A model generated the notes under the pieces. It ran no database searches. It was not told where the DNA came from and saw only the letters and a list, made by a program, of their open reading frames with translations. The position numbers and the translations under genes were made by a program. From positions 3,008,001 through 3,072,000 of the forward strand of contig OZ241875.1 in the NCBI GenBank assembly GCA_965203325.1: a DNA stretch of 64,000 nucleotides, in the 5' to 3' direction. Numbering within the stretch: the stretch's first letter is position 1; each line of letters begins with the position of its first letter. The DNA comes from a bacterium. GTDB lineage: Bacteria; UBA8248. Below, piece after piece: positions 10,238 to 20,520 of this stretch.

Positions 10238-11014
10238 TCAGGGCTTGACGGCCCGGATGGTCGCGCTTGCGAGTTCGGGTGTGACGTAGGGCTTGCGGCC
10301 AACAATTTCCACGTCGACGAAACCGGCCTCCCGCAGTCCGGCGATGTACGCATTCTCAGTGACCGCGCCCGCGATACACGCGCACCAATCCGCGATGGAG
10401 GCTTCTCCAGGAGGCTCGATGGTTGCGTCTCCCGCCGCATCGCCTGCTCTGATGACATCCGACACGACGAAGCGCCCGCCCGGACGCAGCACGCGAAACG
10501 ATTCACGGAAAACGGCAGGCTTGTCGGGCGAGAGGTTGATGACGCAATTGCTGATGACGACGTCGACCGAGGCGTCCTCAACCGGCATGTTTTCCATCTC
10601 GCCCTTTCGGAACGAGACATTCGCTGCGCCCATGCGCCGTCTGTTTCTCTCCGCTTTCTCCAGCATGGCGTCCGTCATGTCGAGGCCGATGACGCTCCCG
10701 CGAGGCCCCACCTCCTTCGCGGCGAGAAAACAGTCCAGCCCCGCGCCCGATCCCAGATCCAGCACCGTCTCGCCCGGTTGGGGCGCTGCGTCCGGAACCG
10801 GGTTGCCGCATCCCGCGTTCGCGCTCAGCACGTCGCCCGGCAGCTCCTCCACGGCCTCTTTCGCATAGCCGATGGTTTCGACGTTCTCCGGGCCCGCGGG
10901 CATCTCGGCGTCCGCCTCCCCGCAGCAGGTAACCTCGCCGGCGGCGACCTTGGCATATAGCTCGCGAACCGCGCTTTTTATCTGGCTCTCGTCGCCACAG
11001 CATTCTGTGGACAT
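10238..11014 (-). CDS. arsM: Arsenite methyltransferase-like SAM-dependent methyltransferase
   Basis: N-terminal CC pairs, GCGNP, LDLGSGAGLD, SNCVINLSPDK, W..CIAGA. Confidence 0.85.
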   Translation of the reverse strand: MSTECCGDESQIKSAVRELYAKVAAGEVTCCGEADAEMPAGPENVETIGYAKEAVEELPGDVLSANAGCGNPVPDAAPQPGETVLDLGSGAGLDCFLAAKEVGPRGSVIGLDMTDAMLEKAERNRRRMGAANVSFRKGEMENMPVEDASVDVVISNCVINLSPDKPAVFRESFRVLRPGGRFVVSDVIRAGDAAGDATIEPPGEASIADWCACIAGAVTENAYIAGLREAGFVDVEIVGRKPYVTPELASATIRAVKP

Positions 11015-11127
11015 GGATGGAATCTCCTCGTCGGTAGCATTAGGGCTTCGGGAATAGACGCCCCGAACTTGAACAGGATAGCAAGGACGCGGGGGAGAGG
11101 GGAAGGGAAGGGGGCGTTCCGGGGATT

Positions 11128-11184
11128 GTAGGGACAACCCCCTGTGGTTGTCCCTTGTCAGGACAGGCACGGGGCCTGTCCCTA
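11128..11184. repeat. GTAG-type REP-like doublet
   Basis: gtagggacaacc-cctgt-ggttgtccct followed by an inverted copy ending cctgtccctac; same family near 27900-27950, 30248, 45896, 58575, 62973. Confidence 0.8.
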
Positions 11185-11328
11185 CATACGAAAAACTTCC
11201 CGCATTGGTCGGGCTTGGCTCCCAAGGGGATATGATTTTGAAGACCACGCCGCTGCGGGTTGCGGGAAAAGCGTTCTCGTGCAACTTTGGAGCCGAGCCG
11301 CCTTCTTTTCTCTTTCACGCGCCGGGAC

Positions 11329-14061
11329 ATGACGGAAGAGCAAAAACGAATCTATCTCATCGACGGCTCGGGCTACATGTTCCGGGCCTATTACGGCACG
11401 ATGCGCCAGCGTCTTTCGAACTCGAAGGGCGTGCCCACGGGCGGCACGCTGGCCTTCGCCCGAATGCTCCTGAAAGTCATCCGCGAGCGCGCGCCCGAGT
11501 ACGTCGCCATCGCCTTCGACCGCCCCGAGCCCACTTTCCGCCACGAGATATACCCCGCCTACAAGGGAAACCGCGACGCGGCGCCCGAAGACCTGGTCGA
11601 GCAGATCCCCTACATGCACCGCGTGGTCGAGGTGCTGCGCATTCCGCTTCTCGTCCAGGTCGGGGCCGAAGCCGACGACATCATCGGCACGCTGGCCGCG
11701 CGCGCCGAAGCGGAGGACTTCGAGGTCGTCCTGGTGACGGCGGATAAGGATTTCGCCCAGCTTGTCTCCGATAAAGTGCGCATTTGGGATCCCATGAAGG
11801 ACGAGGAGATGGGGCCTGCGGAGATCGAGGCCAAATGGGGCGTGCCGCCGGAGAAATTCGTGGACATCCAGGCGCTCATGGGCGATTCGACGGACAACAT
11901 CCCTGGCGTGCCGGGCATCGGCGAGAAAACCGCCGTCGCCCTCATACAGCAGTTCGGCGGGCTCGAAGAGGTGCTCGCTTCGACTGAAGAGATAAAACGC
12001 CCCAAACAGCGCGAGAACATCGAGGAAAACGTCGATATGGCGCGCCTCTCGCGGGAGCTTTGCACCATCAAGCGCGATCTGGCGCTCGAGGGAGACCTGG
12101 AATCCTGCCGTCTCGGCGACGCCGATATCGAGGCTGGCCGTAAGCTCTTCGTCGAAGAACTGGAATTCAAGAACATTATCGAACAACTCCCCGGCTACAG
12201 CGCATCCGACGCCGAGGAGGATGCGTCCGAGGAGGCGGCTTCTCCAGTAGAAGAGGAGGAGCGCGACTACCACACCATCAGAACACTCGAAGAACTGGGG
12301 TCGATGATTGCGGAACTCGAAAAGGCGGGGCGCTTCGCGTTTGATCTCGAGACGACATCGCTCGACCCCATGAAGGCGCGCATCGTGGGCTTCAGCTTCT
12401 CCGCCGCTGCGGGCCGCGCGTTCTACGTCCCGGTGGGGCACGAGATGATGGATGCAGGCCCCCAGCTTTTGCTCCAAGACGTGCTCGCCGAAGTATCCCC
12501 GCTCCTGGAATCGCCCGATATCGAGAAGATCGGCCAGAACATCAAATACGACATCGCGGTGCTCAAAGAGGTCGGCCATGAGGTTCGCGGCCCCCTGTTC
12601 GACACCATGCTCGCCTCCTACCTCCTGCTTTCGAGCCGCAGGAGCCACGGGATGGACCACCTGGCACAAGAGTATTTCGGGGTCACGACCATCAAGTACG
12701 CCGATCTCTGCGGCAAGGGCGCCAAGGAGATTCCCTTCTCCCACGTGCCGGTCGAGGCGGCGGCCCCCTACGCCTGTCAGGATGCCGACATTACATATCG
12801 CCTGGCCCTGGAGATGGCCCCGCAGCTCGAAAACGATGGCCTGATGAATCTCTTCGAGGAACTCGAAGTCCCCCTCCTGCGCGTCCTGCTCGAAATGGAG
12901 CGCGCGGGCATCCGGCTGGATCGGGAATTCTTACGCAACATGGGCAAGGAGTTGGAAGCGCGCCTCGACCAGATGACGAGCGACATCCACGGGTTGGCGG
13001 GCGAAGCGTTCAACATCAACTCCACCCAGCAGTTGCGCGTCATCCTGTTCGAAAAGCTGAACCTTCCCGTGATCAAGCGAACGAAAACGGGGCCTTCCAC
13101 CGATATCGACACGCTGGAGCGGCTGGCGCCGCAGCACCCCCTGCCGCAGGAGATTCTGAACTTCCGGCAGCTGTCGAAGCTCAAGAGCACCTATGTGGAC
13201 ACCCTCCCCGAACTGGTGAACGCGCGGACGGGCCGCATCCACGCGCGCTTCAATCAGACGGTCGCCGCCACGGGCCGCCTGAGCGGTTCGGACCCCAATC
13301 TGCAGAACATCCCCATCCGCACGGAGTTGGGCCGTCAGATCCGCCGGGCCTTCCTGCCCGAGGAGGGCTGGAAGCTCCTCTCTGCGGATTACAGCCAGAT
13401 CGAACTGAGGGTTCTCGCCCACTTCACGAACGACCCGGCACTCGTCGACGCCTTCGGCAAGGGGGAGGACATCCACGCCACGACCGCCTCGGCCGTCTAC
13501 GGCGTGCCGCTCGAAGGTGTCGACTCCGAGATGCGCCGCGTCGCCAAGGCGGTGAACTTCGGGATCATCTACGGGCAGGGGGCCTTCGGCCTCTCCCAGG
13601 CCATCGGCATCCCCCAGTCCGAGGCGCGCTCGTTCATCGACACCTATTTCGAGCGCTTCGCCGCCGTGCCCGCCTTCGTGGACGAGACCATCGAGGGAGG
13701 CCGCGCGCGCGGCTACGTCTCCACCATCATGGGCCGCCGCCGATATCTGCCCGATCTGAACAGCCGGAACCGCAACGCGAAAAACGCCGCCGAGCGGACG
13801 GCGGTGAACTCCGTCATCCAGGGGAGCGCCGCCGACGTCATCAAGCTCGCGATGATAGCCATCGCCGATCGCCTGAAGCGAGAAGAGAGGGAAGCGCGCA
13901 TGCTCGTGCAGGTGCACGATGAGCTCTTGTTCGAGATACCGCCCGCGGAAGTCGAGGCCGTGGCCGCCTTGGTCGCAGAGGAGATGCGCGGCGCGACCCC
14001 CCTGCACGTTCCGCTCGACGTGGACGTGAGCACGGGCGAGAACTGGGGCGAGCTCAAGTAG
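11329..14061 (+). CDS. polA: DNA polymerase I
   Basis: LIDGS 5'-exo, DNIPGVPGIGEKTA, FDLET 3'-exo, TGRLS..PNLQNIP, ADYSQIELR, KAVNFGIIYG, QVHDEL. Confidence 0.98.
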   Translation: MTEEQKRIYLIDGSGYMFRAYYGTMRQRLSNSKGVPTGGTLAFARMLLKVIRERAPEYVAIAFDRPEPTFRHEIYPAYKGNRDAAPEDLVEQIPYMHRVVEVLRIPLLVQVGAEADDIIGTLAARAEAEDFEVVLVTADKDFAQLVSDKVRIWDPMKDEEMGPAEIEAKWGVPPEKFVDIQALMGDSTDNIPGVPGIGEKTAVALIQQFGGLEEVLASTEEIKRPKQRENIEENVDMARLSRELCTIKRDLALEGDLESCRLGDADIEAGRKLFVEELEFKNIIEQLPGYSASDAEEDASEEAASPVEEEERDYHTIRTLEELGSMIAELEKAGRFAFDLETTSLDPMKARIVGFSFSAAAGRAFYVPVGHEMMDAGPQLLLQDVLAEVSPLLESPDIEKIGQNIKYDIAVLKEVGHEVRGPLFDTMLASYLLLSSRRSHGMDHLAQEYFGVTTIKYADLCGKGAKEIPFSHVPVEAAAPYACQDADITYRLALEMAPQLENDGLMNLFEELEVPLLRVLLEMERAGIRLDREFLRNMGKELEARLDQMTSDIHGLAGEAFNINSTQQLRVILFEKLNLPVIKRTKTGPSTDIDTLERLAPQHPLPQEILNFRQLSKLKSTYVDTLPELVNARTGRIHARFNQTVAATGRLSGSDPNLQNIPIRTELGRQIRRAFLPEEGWKLLSADYSQIELRVLAHFTNDPALVDAFGKGEDIHATTASAVYGVPLEGVDSEMRRVAKAVNFGIIYGQGAFGLSQAIGIPQSEARSFIDTYFERFAAVPAFVDETIEGGRARGYVSTIMGRRRYLPDLNSRNRNAKNAAERTAVNSVIQGSAADVIKLAMIAIADRLKREEREARMLVQVHDELLFEIPPAEVEAVAALVAEEMRGATPLHVPLDVDVSTGENWGELK

Positions 14062-14111
14062 CTGGCGGGTTTCGGCGGCGCAGGGCCGACTCCGGGGCGC
14101 TCGATCCGACC

Positions 14112-14472
14112 GGGGGTTGCTCTCTTGATAAAGGCTTTTTCAACAGCCCCGAAGAGCGAGGATTTGCGGTTTCCGCTTTTGATCGTCATTCCGGCGAAAG
14201 CCGGAATGACGGGTGTGGTCATCTCTCCAGACGGGTGTCGTAGGGGCGCTTCGTGAAGCGCCCGTTTCTCCGGCAAGGGCCGTTCGCGAAAGTGGGTCGT
14301 CCACGAGAACGACCCTCTACAGAACAAACCCCTCATCGGTCGGGTCAAACCCTCGATACGGCGCTTGCGCGCCTGCTCGGGATGTCGGGATGAGGGCGTC
14401 AGGGGTTCCGCGAAGCCCGTTGCCGCGCCGATGGGGTCAAACCCTCCCGCATTCAGCTTTTTCAACAGCCCC
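14112..14472. repeat. Cluster of palindromic repeats with two orphan IS1182-like ends
   Basis: TTTTTCAACAGCCCC ending at 14150 and 14472; hairpins gtcattccggc-gaaa-gccggaatgac and gggcgcttc-gt-gaagcgccc. Confidence 0.75.
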
Positions 14473-14524
14473 AATATGGGGGATTTCCGTTGAAAACGGG
14501 AGAAATCCGCCTCACGGCGGAAGC

Positions 14525-15700
14525 TTATCCGGCCTGGCCGCTCTCGGGGGGTTGGAGCCGGGGTTCGGGAACCCCGGTAGCAGACAGAACCATTCTTACG
14601 AGGTCCGCCTGCCGGGTGATGCCGAGCTTGGCGTGAATGCGCTTGACGGTCCAGCGCACGGTGCTTTCCGCCCGATGCGTCGCCGCCACGATGTCGCGGA
14701 CAGAGGCGCCTTCGGCCAACGACGCCGCCACCCGGCCTTCCGATCGAGTAAGGCCGAGCAGCGCGGCCGTTCGGCCGGGATCGATGTGTAGTCTGGCCGC
14801 CGGATCGACTATCAGCACCATCGCGGCGACGCGGCCCGTGCCGAAACTCGTACCGTGGGTCGCCACGGGGCAGACGTGCAGCGAGAATCGCCTCGCGGCC
14901 AACCGCTCGACCATCATCGAACCGGCGACGGCCGGGGCGCCGCGCCTCGACAGGACGCGCGCCAGCAGCCTCCCCAGCTTCGCGTCGTCCACCGCCAACC
15001 GCGCGCGCAGGACGCCGCCTCGGTCCGTCAAGCCGTCGCCCTGGCGGAGGATCGCGCGGGCGCGGTCGTTGATCTCGAAGATTCGCCCTCGCGCGTCCAG
15101 ATAGATCACGCCGACCGTCTGGTTGTCGAGCAGACCGGCGAGCGACGCGCCCAGAGCCTCGGCGCCGACCAGCGCGTGGCGGACCCGGACGAACTGCCGG
15201 ATGTGGGGCAGGAGGCGCTCGATTGTCCTGACTCGCTCGGAGTCCCAGCCGCCGCTTTCGGCGGGATCCGCGAGCACCCAGACGATGTGCAATCCCTCCG
15301 GCCCGTCCATGCGTATGTTCAAGCCGTTCTGGGCTTCGGCCAGTCGCAACTGGTGATTGTATACCTCGGTCCTCTTCAATTCCCGATCGGTATAGAGGTC
15401 GCGCATGTGAGCCGGGCGCGCGTCGGGCAGCTGAAACAGGTGCGGGATGCGCGGGTCTCGAGGGAAGTAATACTCGACGTAGTCCCGCTCTATCTCAGGG
15501 CGGGATTCGCCGCGGTACCAGAGTTCTCCGAACAGAAACTCCGCGTCGGCCTCGGACGAGCCGGTGGCGATCACCAGATGATTGCCCTTCATCCCGCATG
15601 CCCGGTCGATCAGGGCGGATGTTGCTCGCCAATGCTTTTCGTCCAGCATCGCTTCGTGTAGCGATGCGACGATGCGGTCGAAATCATCCTCTCGTCCCAT
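14525..15700 (-). CDS. LuxR-type HTH transcriptional regulator with PAS-like sensor region
   Basis: C-terminal GLT.SE.RVA..LAEG......STVR..VKRI.AKLG..RQADLV; central GVI.LD..GRI...N. Confidence 0.85.
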   Translation of the reverse strand: MGREDDFDRIVASLHEAMLDEKHWRATSALIDRACGMKGNHLVIATGSSEADAEFLFGELWYRGESRPEIERDYVEYYFPRDPRIPHLFQLPDARPAHMRDLYTDRELKRTEVYNHQLRLAEAQNGLNIRMDGPEGLHIVWVLADPAESGGWDSERVRTIERLLPHIRQFVRVRHALVGAEALGASLAGLLDNQTVGVIYLDARGRIFEINDRARAILRQGDGLTDRGGVLRARLAVDDAKLGRLLARVLSRRGAPAVAGSMMVERLAARRFSLHVCPVATHGTSFGTGRVAAMVLIVDPAARLHIDPGRTAALLGLTRSEGRVAASLAEGASVRDIVAATHRAESTVRWTVKRIHAKLGITRQADLVRMVLSATGVPEPRLQPPESGQAG

Positions 15701-15819
15701 ATGATCCTATCCCGACTCAGTGGATAGATTCGGGCCGGCGGCTCGCCGAGCGGGGAGACCTCAACATCGCTTTCCCCGTCCGGGCCCCGTCGCCCTCGGA
15801 ACGCGGCCTCGCCGCAGAC

Positions 15820-16110
15820 CTCGAAGTCGTTCGGGCTCGGGTGGTTTTAGAGGGAATGCCGGTGTCCGGTATCATACCAGCCCTCGATGAATTGAAAGAT
15901 GGGTTTGCTCGCTCCGTCCCGGGTTTGAAACGCGCGGCGTTCGGTCGGCCCGCGCTCCAAGGAGGCGAAGAAGCTTCCGGCCATGGCGCTGTCGAAGCAA
16001 TACTCGGCCGGCCCGGTGGAAGTGAGCACTTCCGTCTCTCGGGGCGCTTACCAAAGGCCGTCGGCGTGTACCGGTTATCCTCGTCGATAGGATGAACCGA
16101 CGCTTTGGGC
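15820..16110 (-). pseudogene. Degenerate IS3-family transposase, C-terminal integrase-core remnant (boundaries approximate)
   Basis: CFDSAMAGSFFASLE...F.TR..A...IFQFIEGWY...RHS resembles the IS3 OrfB end; truncated. Confidence 0.7.
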
Positions 16111-16393
16111 CAGCGCCGTCCGATGACTCTGTTCAGTGCCCTCGTTCACCGAACTCGATACGAAGATAATAGAGCTAGTCAACGCTACCACATCGCAGCT
16201 GAACATTTCAAGCGCGCCGGCCCCCGCCGGGAGGCCGATTTTCACCGTTTTCGTCGAAAATCCCCCAATTTTGGGGGCGAAACGCGGCGGACAACCCGGT
16301 ATAGGCGTGGTTAATCCCTTATCGGTCGTATCGTCGTGAACGGACGTGGATAGGAGAGGATGGAGGGAATGTTCTCGCCAACGAAACGCCAAG

Positions 16394-16615
16394 ATGCGCG
16401 TCGGCGGCGTCGCGCTTCGCGTCTTCGCGGTTGCGGCATTCGCAATCGTCTCGTCCGCCTAACCGACGACGGCAGAGAGCCGACGACAGCCGCGCAAGCC
16501 TGCGCCCGTCCGGTTCTATGGCGCGTCCGCCGAAGAAGTCGGTGGTCCGATGAACGGCCGCTGGGGAGAGACCGGCCGAAATGTTATCGGCGCATTCGGA
16601 ACCAGGAAAGAATAA
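16394..16615 (+). pseudogene. Remnant of a TbpB-like beta-barrel surface protein
   Basis: One frame reads MRVGGVALRVFAVAAFAIVSSA*PTT...RFYGASAEEVGG...NVIGAFGTRKE*; in-frame TAA at 16460. Confidence 0.55.
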
Positions 16616-16691
16616 CGTGCCGCGGGACATCCGGCGGTTTTCTCGGCAAACCTGGACAAGAGGAAGTGAAATGAACAGAAGGAGAAACGCC

Positions 16692-17162
16692 ATGAAACGG
16701 TTAGTCGCTACGCTTACCGCAGCCCTCTGTATTTTGACCATTCCTCACGTGGCGGCGGCGGCAGGGCCGGGTAGTGGGCAAATTTTCAAGAATGCGGTCT
16801 GGGTAGGAAACAACTGCACTGTTGACCGCCTAACAGTCAGGTGGAGGTTGGGCTCGCTTATGGGGGAACCTACTGTTAGCGGAAGCTACAAGTATTCCGG
16901 CAACTGCAAACCGTCCCATGACTTCATGGTTTGGCTCCGGGTCGAGGGAGTCGGATTGTACGGCTATGTTCGGCTCAATCCTGCAGTACCAAACGGCCCG
17001 GACAGGTGGGGCTTCAACGTCACGGGGTCGCCAAATTGGAACCAGGTCTTATGCGGATATGACGGGACAGAAAGAGCGGGATGCCATGAACCTTCTACTG
17101 CCAAAAGCATTTGGAAGAACGGGAAGGTTGTGGATTTTCGCGTGCCATGGCGGCGGCAGTAG
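16692..17162 (+). CDS. Hypothetical secreted protein with 4 Cys in the mature part
   Basis: AGGAGA RBS, signal peptide MKRLVATLTAALCILTIPHVAAA. Confidence 0.7.
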   Translation: MKRLVATLTAALCILTIPHVAAAAGPGSGQIFKNAVWVGNNCTVDRLTVRWRLGSLMGEPTVSGSYKYSGNCKPSHDFMVWLRVEGVGLYGYVRLNPAVPNGPDRWGFNVTGSPNWNQVLCGYDGTERAGCHEPSTAKSIWKNGKVVDFRVPWRRQ

Positions 17163-17507
17163 CTGACTCGGCTTGGCGGTCGGCGTATTGGAACGTGGAG
17201 GAAATACATTGAAGCCTACCCGTACACTTACGCTGGCAAGCGCCGCTCTCGCTACGGCGTCCTTTTTCAATGAAAGAAGAACGTAATGTCTATTGACAAA
17301 CCGAAAGATACCTCCTCCGATACGCTGGGCCGGCCATGGTTCGATCCGTGGCCTGACCGTAGGCCCCCAATTGTGTCTTTCGAGAAAATCGCAAGCAAAA
17401 CCGAATGGATGTGTTTCACCGGGAGGGGCGGCATCCATGTATCTACGCAAAGGAGGCGAAAAATGAACAGGATATTCGGAAAATGGACATTCGGAGAAGG
17501 AGAGCTT

Positions 17508-17894
17508 ATGTGCCGAATACTAATATTGGCTGTTATTGCAGTTGCCACCGGTGTGATGCTGGCGGCATGGGTAATGCCAGTGAGCGCCGACATGCCAGGT
17601 AGTAATGTTTGCAGCGTTCCACCCAACGAAGCAGTTGTCATTGCTTGACAAAATAAACACGGTTACTGGTTTGCCTGCGGTCCCGTGCAATGCATATGGA
17701 GCGGAGAAAGAGATAAAAATAAAGCCATAGACTATACAGAGAATCATACTGACAGAGGTGGGAAACTCGATTATGTCTGTATCGTGTCGGTGAAAAAACG
17801 GCATTGGAATAAATCAAGACGAGGAGAATTCTATCGGTTGCATGCTCCACAGCGCTCATATGACGAGGATCCGCGCCGGTTTATTGTTCGGTAG
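17508..17894 (+). pseudogene. Small secreted protein interrupted by one in-frame TGA (nonsense allele or recoded codon)
   Basis: GAAGGAG RBS and signal peptide; ORFs 17286-17648 and 17685-17894 share a frame, with TGA at 17646-17648 the only stop between them. Confidence 0.55.
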
Positions 17895-17957
17895 CGGCTG
17901 GTGTGCAAGGAAAAAGCAAGGCCATTATCCCTCAATAAATCACAGGAGACTCCAGAG

Positions 17958-18302
17958 ATGAAAATTCGCGTCACCAAGCAGGTGCTATGTTTGGCATTTC
18001 TTTGCCTGATTTCCGTTGTGCTGGTGAACTGTGGAGGCGAAGGATACGATAGCGGGAGCGATGGAGACAACGAAGAGGTGGTAATAACGCCACCCACCCG
18101 GACCCAATACGACTGCAATTCCGCATGGCAGGGCGATCCAAGAGACTATGCGCAGGTAGGGGTGCAATGTGTAGCCGCATGCTCTGCTCTTAATGATGGG
18201 CTTGAAGCTCAGGCAGCAGCAAACTGCGGCATCTTATCGGCTTGGGCCAGACGTTCCGGCACTTCAAGAGATCAAGAATGTCCTATTTGCACAGGTCTAT
18301 AA
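17958..18302 (+). CDS. Hypothetical Cys-rich lipoprotein
   Basis: RBS, hydrophobic leader with LVNC lipobox-like site, acidic linker, 6 further Cys. Confidence 0.7.
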   Translation: MKIRVTKQVLCLAFLCLISVVLVNCGGEGYDSGSDGDNEEVVITPPTRTQYDCNSAWQGDPRDYAQVGVQCVAACSALNDGLEAQAAANCGILSAWARRSGTSRDQECPICTGL

Positions 18303-18792
18303 TGACAAGCAGGAAGATTTTATGATCGGCGCAGATAGATTTTACATCACCCGCTGTTGTTTCAACACTGACGGGCGGAAGTCTTGCTCCACCCGCACAA
18401 TTGGATAAGGCCACTTTCGAATGGGAGAGTTATTCGATGGTAATCAGACTGACAATGACAGCAACGTGACGGCGCTACTGAACACGGGTACGAGCGTATA
18501 TGCCGGTGAACCAGCGGCAAATTATGTGAATTTTGGTGAAATGGCAACGACCTTTATGTAGAGAATACATGTAACCAAGACATCACGTTCTTCCATTGCT
18601 ACGAAGAAAAATGCCGCTAGTTAACAAGTTGTGCGAGTATGGCTCGGGTCGTAGCGTTTATTCCACTCATAGCAAAAAATAAGCTGCGGTGATCCGCAGA
18701 GACTACCTTTTGTCCGAGAAAAAATAAGAGCGTGCTAACTTTTCTATGTAATCCCCTGTCAATAGAATACCGGGATTTGACGACTGGAATGA

Positions 18793-20331
18793 ATGTCCTT
18801 GCTCATATTGATAATATTCTCATCCTTCTTGTCTAGTACAGGCGAAGGAGGAGAGGAGAGAGCCGTGGCAAAATATCATAATAAGTTTCCCCCTCCCCCT
18901 TATTGTATCTCTTTCAAGAATAACAAGTTTCATTTCTTTCAAAGAATTGTATTTGGTGGTTTCTTTTCGGTTTTCTCTCTTTCTTTTTTCGTTCCGGCGA
19001 GTCATGTCGCTCGAGGAATTCCACGAATTCTCGCGTTCGCAGCTGCATTCATTCTCACCTTTTCTCCCACAAAAGCCGATGCTTTCGATTGGCTTTTGGA
19101 AAACTCCTTGACCGCTGCGGGCAGTTGCGGAACATCTTTCGAGGGGACTCTATCGAGCGGGACGAGTTGCCTCATCGACAGCGGAGTGAATCTGATGCTG
19201 AAAAAAAGCATGGACTCCGCAGATCAATACGGAAAGACATTGTTCGGAGAAAATTTCCAGTTCTTCGGTGATCTTTCCTATCAAAGCGGGACGGGACTTA
19301 CCAACGACATCGACGTGGTGATTCCGCTCGCGTTTACTGACACAGACCAGCGGACTCGTTCTTCGTTGTTCTTGCAGCAGGGCATCACCCGATGGCGGGA
19401 CTCCGAGGGGGATTTTCGCGACGATTTGCGTTTCGGCGTGGCCTACCGTTTCCGGCTCACCGACAAACCGGATTCGGACGTCGTCGGGTTGTCCGCGTTC
19501 TCATTGCACAATGCGCAGTGGGGGCATCAGGTGTTGGCGTCCAGGGCGGACTACGCTGGGCGCTGGGGAACGGGATCGCTCACGTATTTCATGCCAGCTA
19601 CGAGTTGGCGTTCCACAGACATCGGTTACGAAGAGCGCGCTCTCGAAGGGATGGAACTCGCCTTGAGTCTTAAGTTGACGACAACCATCCGTACGAATCT
19701 GACCGCCTACCGCTGGCAGGCTGAAGACGGATCTGAGAAATGGGACGAGGGCGCTCGCCTCGGCGTCGACTGGCGCCCTCACCCCTGGCTGAGTTTCTCT
19801 GCCGGTCAAGATGGAATTGGCGGTGGCAAAGACTCGTCATCGTTTCTGGCAAAGGTTTCCATTCCAATCGGAGGTCCATCGAGGCCAAAGCCTCGCTGGG
19901 AAGGCTTTGGTTTGCTGCCCAAGAGTGGGCTCCCTAATGTCCTCAATCTCTGGCGGCCAGTCGACAAAATTGGCCGAATCAGGGTCGCCAGGCGAATCAA
20001 ATCTTTCGATGTGGCAGGTCTAGTGAGCATCCGGCCCCTCAAAACAAGAGTAGTCAGTGGAGGGACACTCCAGGCGAGGCTCTCGCTTTCAACTATAGCG
20101 AGGGAAGATGTCCGGGTGCGTGTGCGCCTTGTGCCCGGAGGTGGGGCAAACCCTGCCGTTCCCGGTGAAGATTTTCATGACGAAATCGTCGAGGCGACGA
20201 TTCGGCAGGGCACGAGGAACACGGTGGTTTCACTCCCCCTCATCCGCAATAATGGTATACGAAACCCTCGTAGATTGAGGATTATAATAGTGTCTCAAAA
20301 TTCCCCGACGAAAGGAAATCTTCCAGAATAA
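18793..20331 (+). CDS. Inverse-autotransporter (intimin/invasin) beta-domain-like protein with C-terminal Calx-beta-like domain; true start uncertain
   Basis: D.VIPL, LF.QQG, G..YRF, EERALEG.E, L..PV beta-domain pattern; AVPGEDF...TIRQG....VSLPL. Confidence 0.6.
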   Translation: MSLLILIIFSSFLSSTGEGGEERAVAKYHNKFPPPPYCISFKNNKFHFFQRIVFGGFFSVFSLSFFVPASHVARGIPRILAFAAAFILTFSPTKADAFDWLLENSLTAAGSCGTSFEGTLSSGTSCLIDSGVNLMLKKSMDSADQYGKTLFGENFQFFGDLSYQSGTGLTNDIDVVIPLAFTDTDQRTRSSLFLQQGITRWRDSEGDFRDDLRFGVAYRFRLTDKPDSDVVGLSAFSLHNAQWGHQVLASRADYAGRWGTGSLTYFMPATSWRSTDIGYEERALEGMELALSLKLTTTIRTNLTAYRWQAEDGSEKWDEGARLGVDWRPHPWLSFSAGQDGIGGGKDSSSFLAKVSIPIGGPSRPKPRWEGFGLLPKSGLPNVLNLWRPVDKIGRIRVARRIKSFDVAGLVSIRPLKTRVVSGGTLQARLSLSTIAREDVRVRVRLVPGGGANPAVPGEDFHDEIVEATIRQGTRNTVVSLPLIRNNGIRNPRRLRIIIVSQNSPTKGNLPE

Positions 20332-20353
20332 AGAGATTCGAGATGATAATGAA

Positions 20354-20520
20354 TTGGAGTTTGATCACTCGTCGTATTTTACCATCGATATGAACGGTGA
20401 TTTCAACCATGAGGACGGTGACTCGAAGCTCTCGGACAGGCTCTACGGTCCGCAACACGCCGAGGTCGGCGGAACCTTCGGCAACGCCGCTGCGGCGGAA
20501 ACGTTCGGCGCGCGGGAGCA
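20354..20520 (+). pseudogene. Second TbpB-like C-terminal remnant
   Basis: RLYGPQHAEVGGTFG......FGARE matches the FYGP..EVGG.F....GAFGA.R barrel end. Confidence 0.55.

Noticed and set aside
10238..10240. ArsM TGA stop as a possible selenocysteine codon
   Set aside because: It falls at the normal C-terminus (..IRAVKP) and another stop follows within a few codons
11182..14007. Long antisense ORFs over polA, and similar ones at 30700-31953, 37902-39440 and 48307-50364
   Set aside because: Shadow frames of GC-rich genes; no motifs, and they overlap well-supported CDSs
16600..18700. Integron cassette array suggested by small co-oriented orphan genes
   Set aside because: No attC-like RYYYAAC...GTTRRRY sites or integrase recognised
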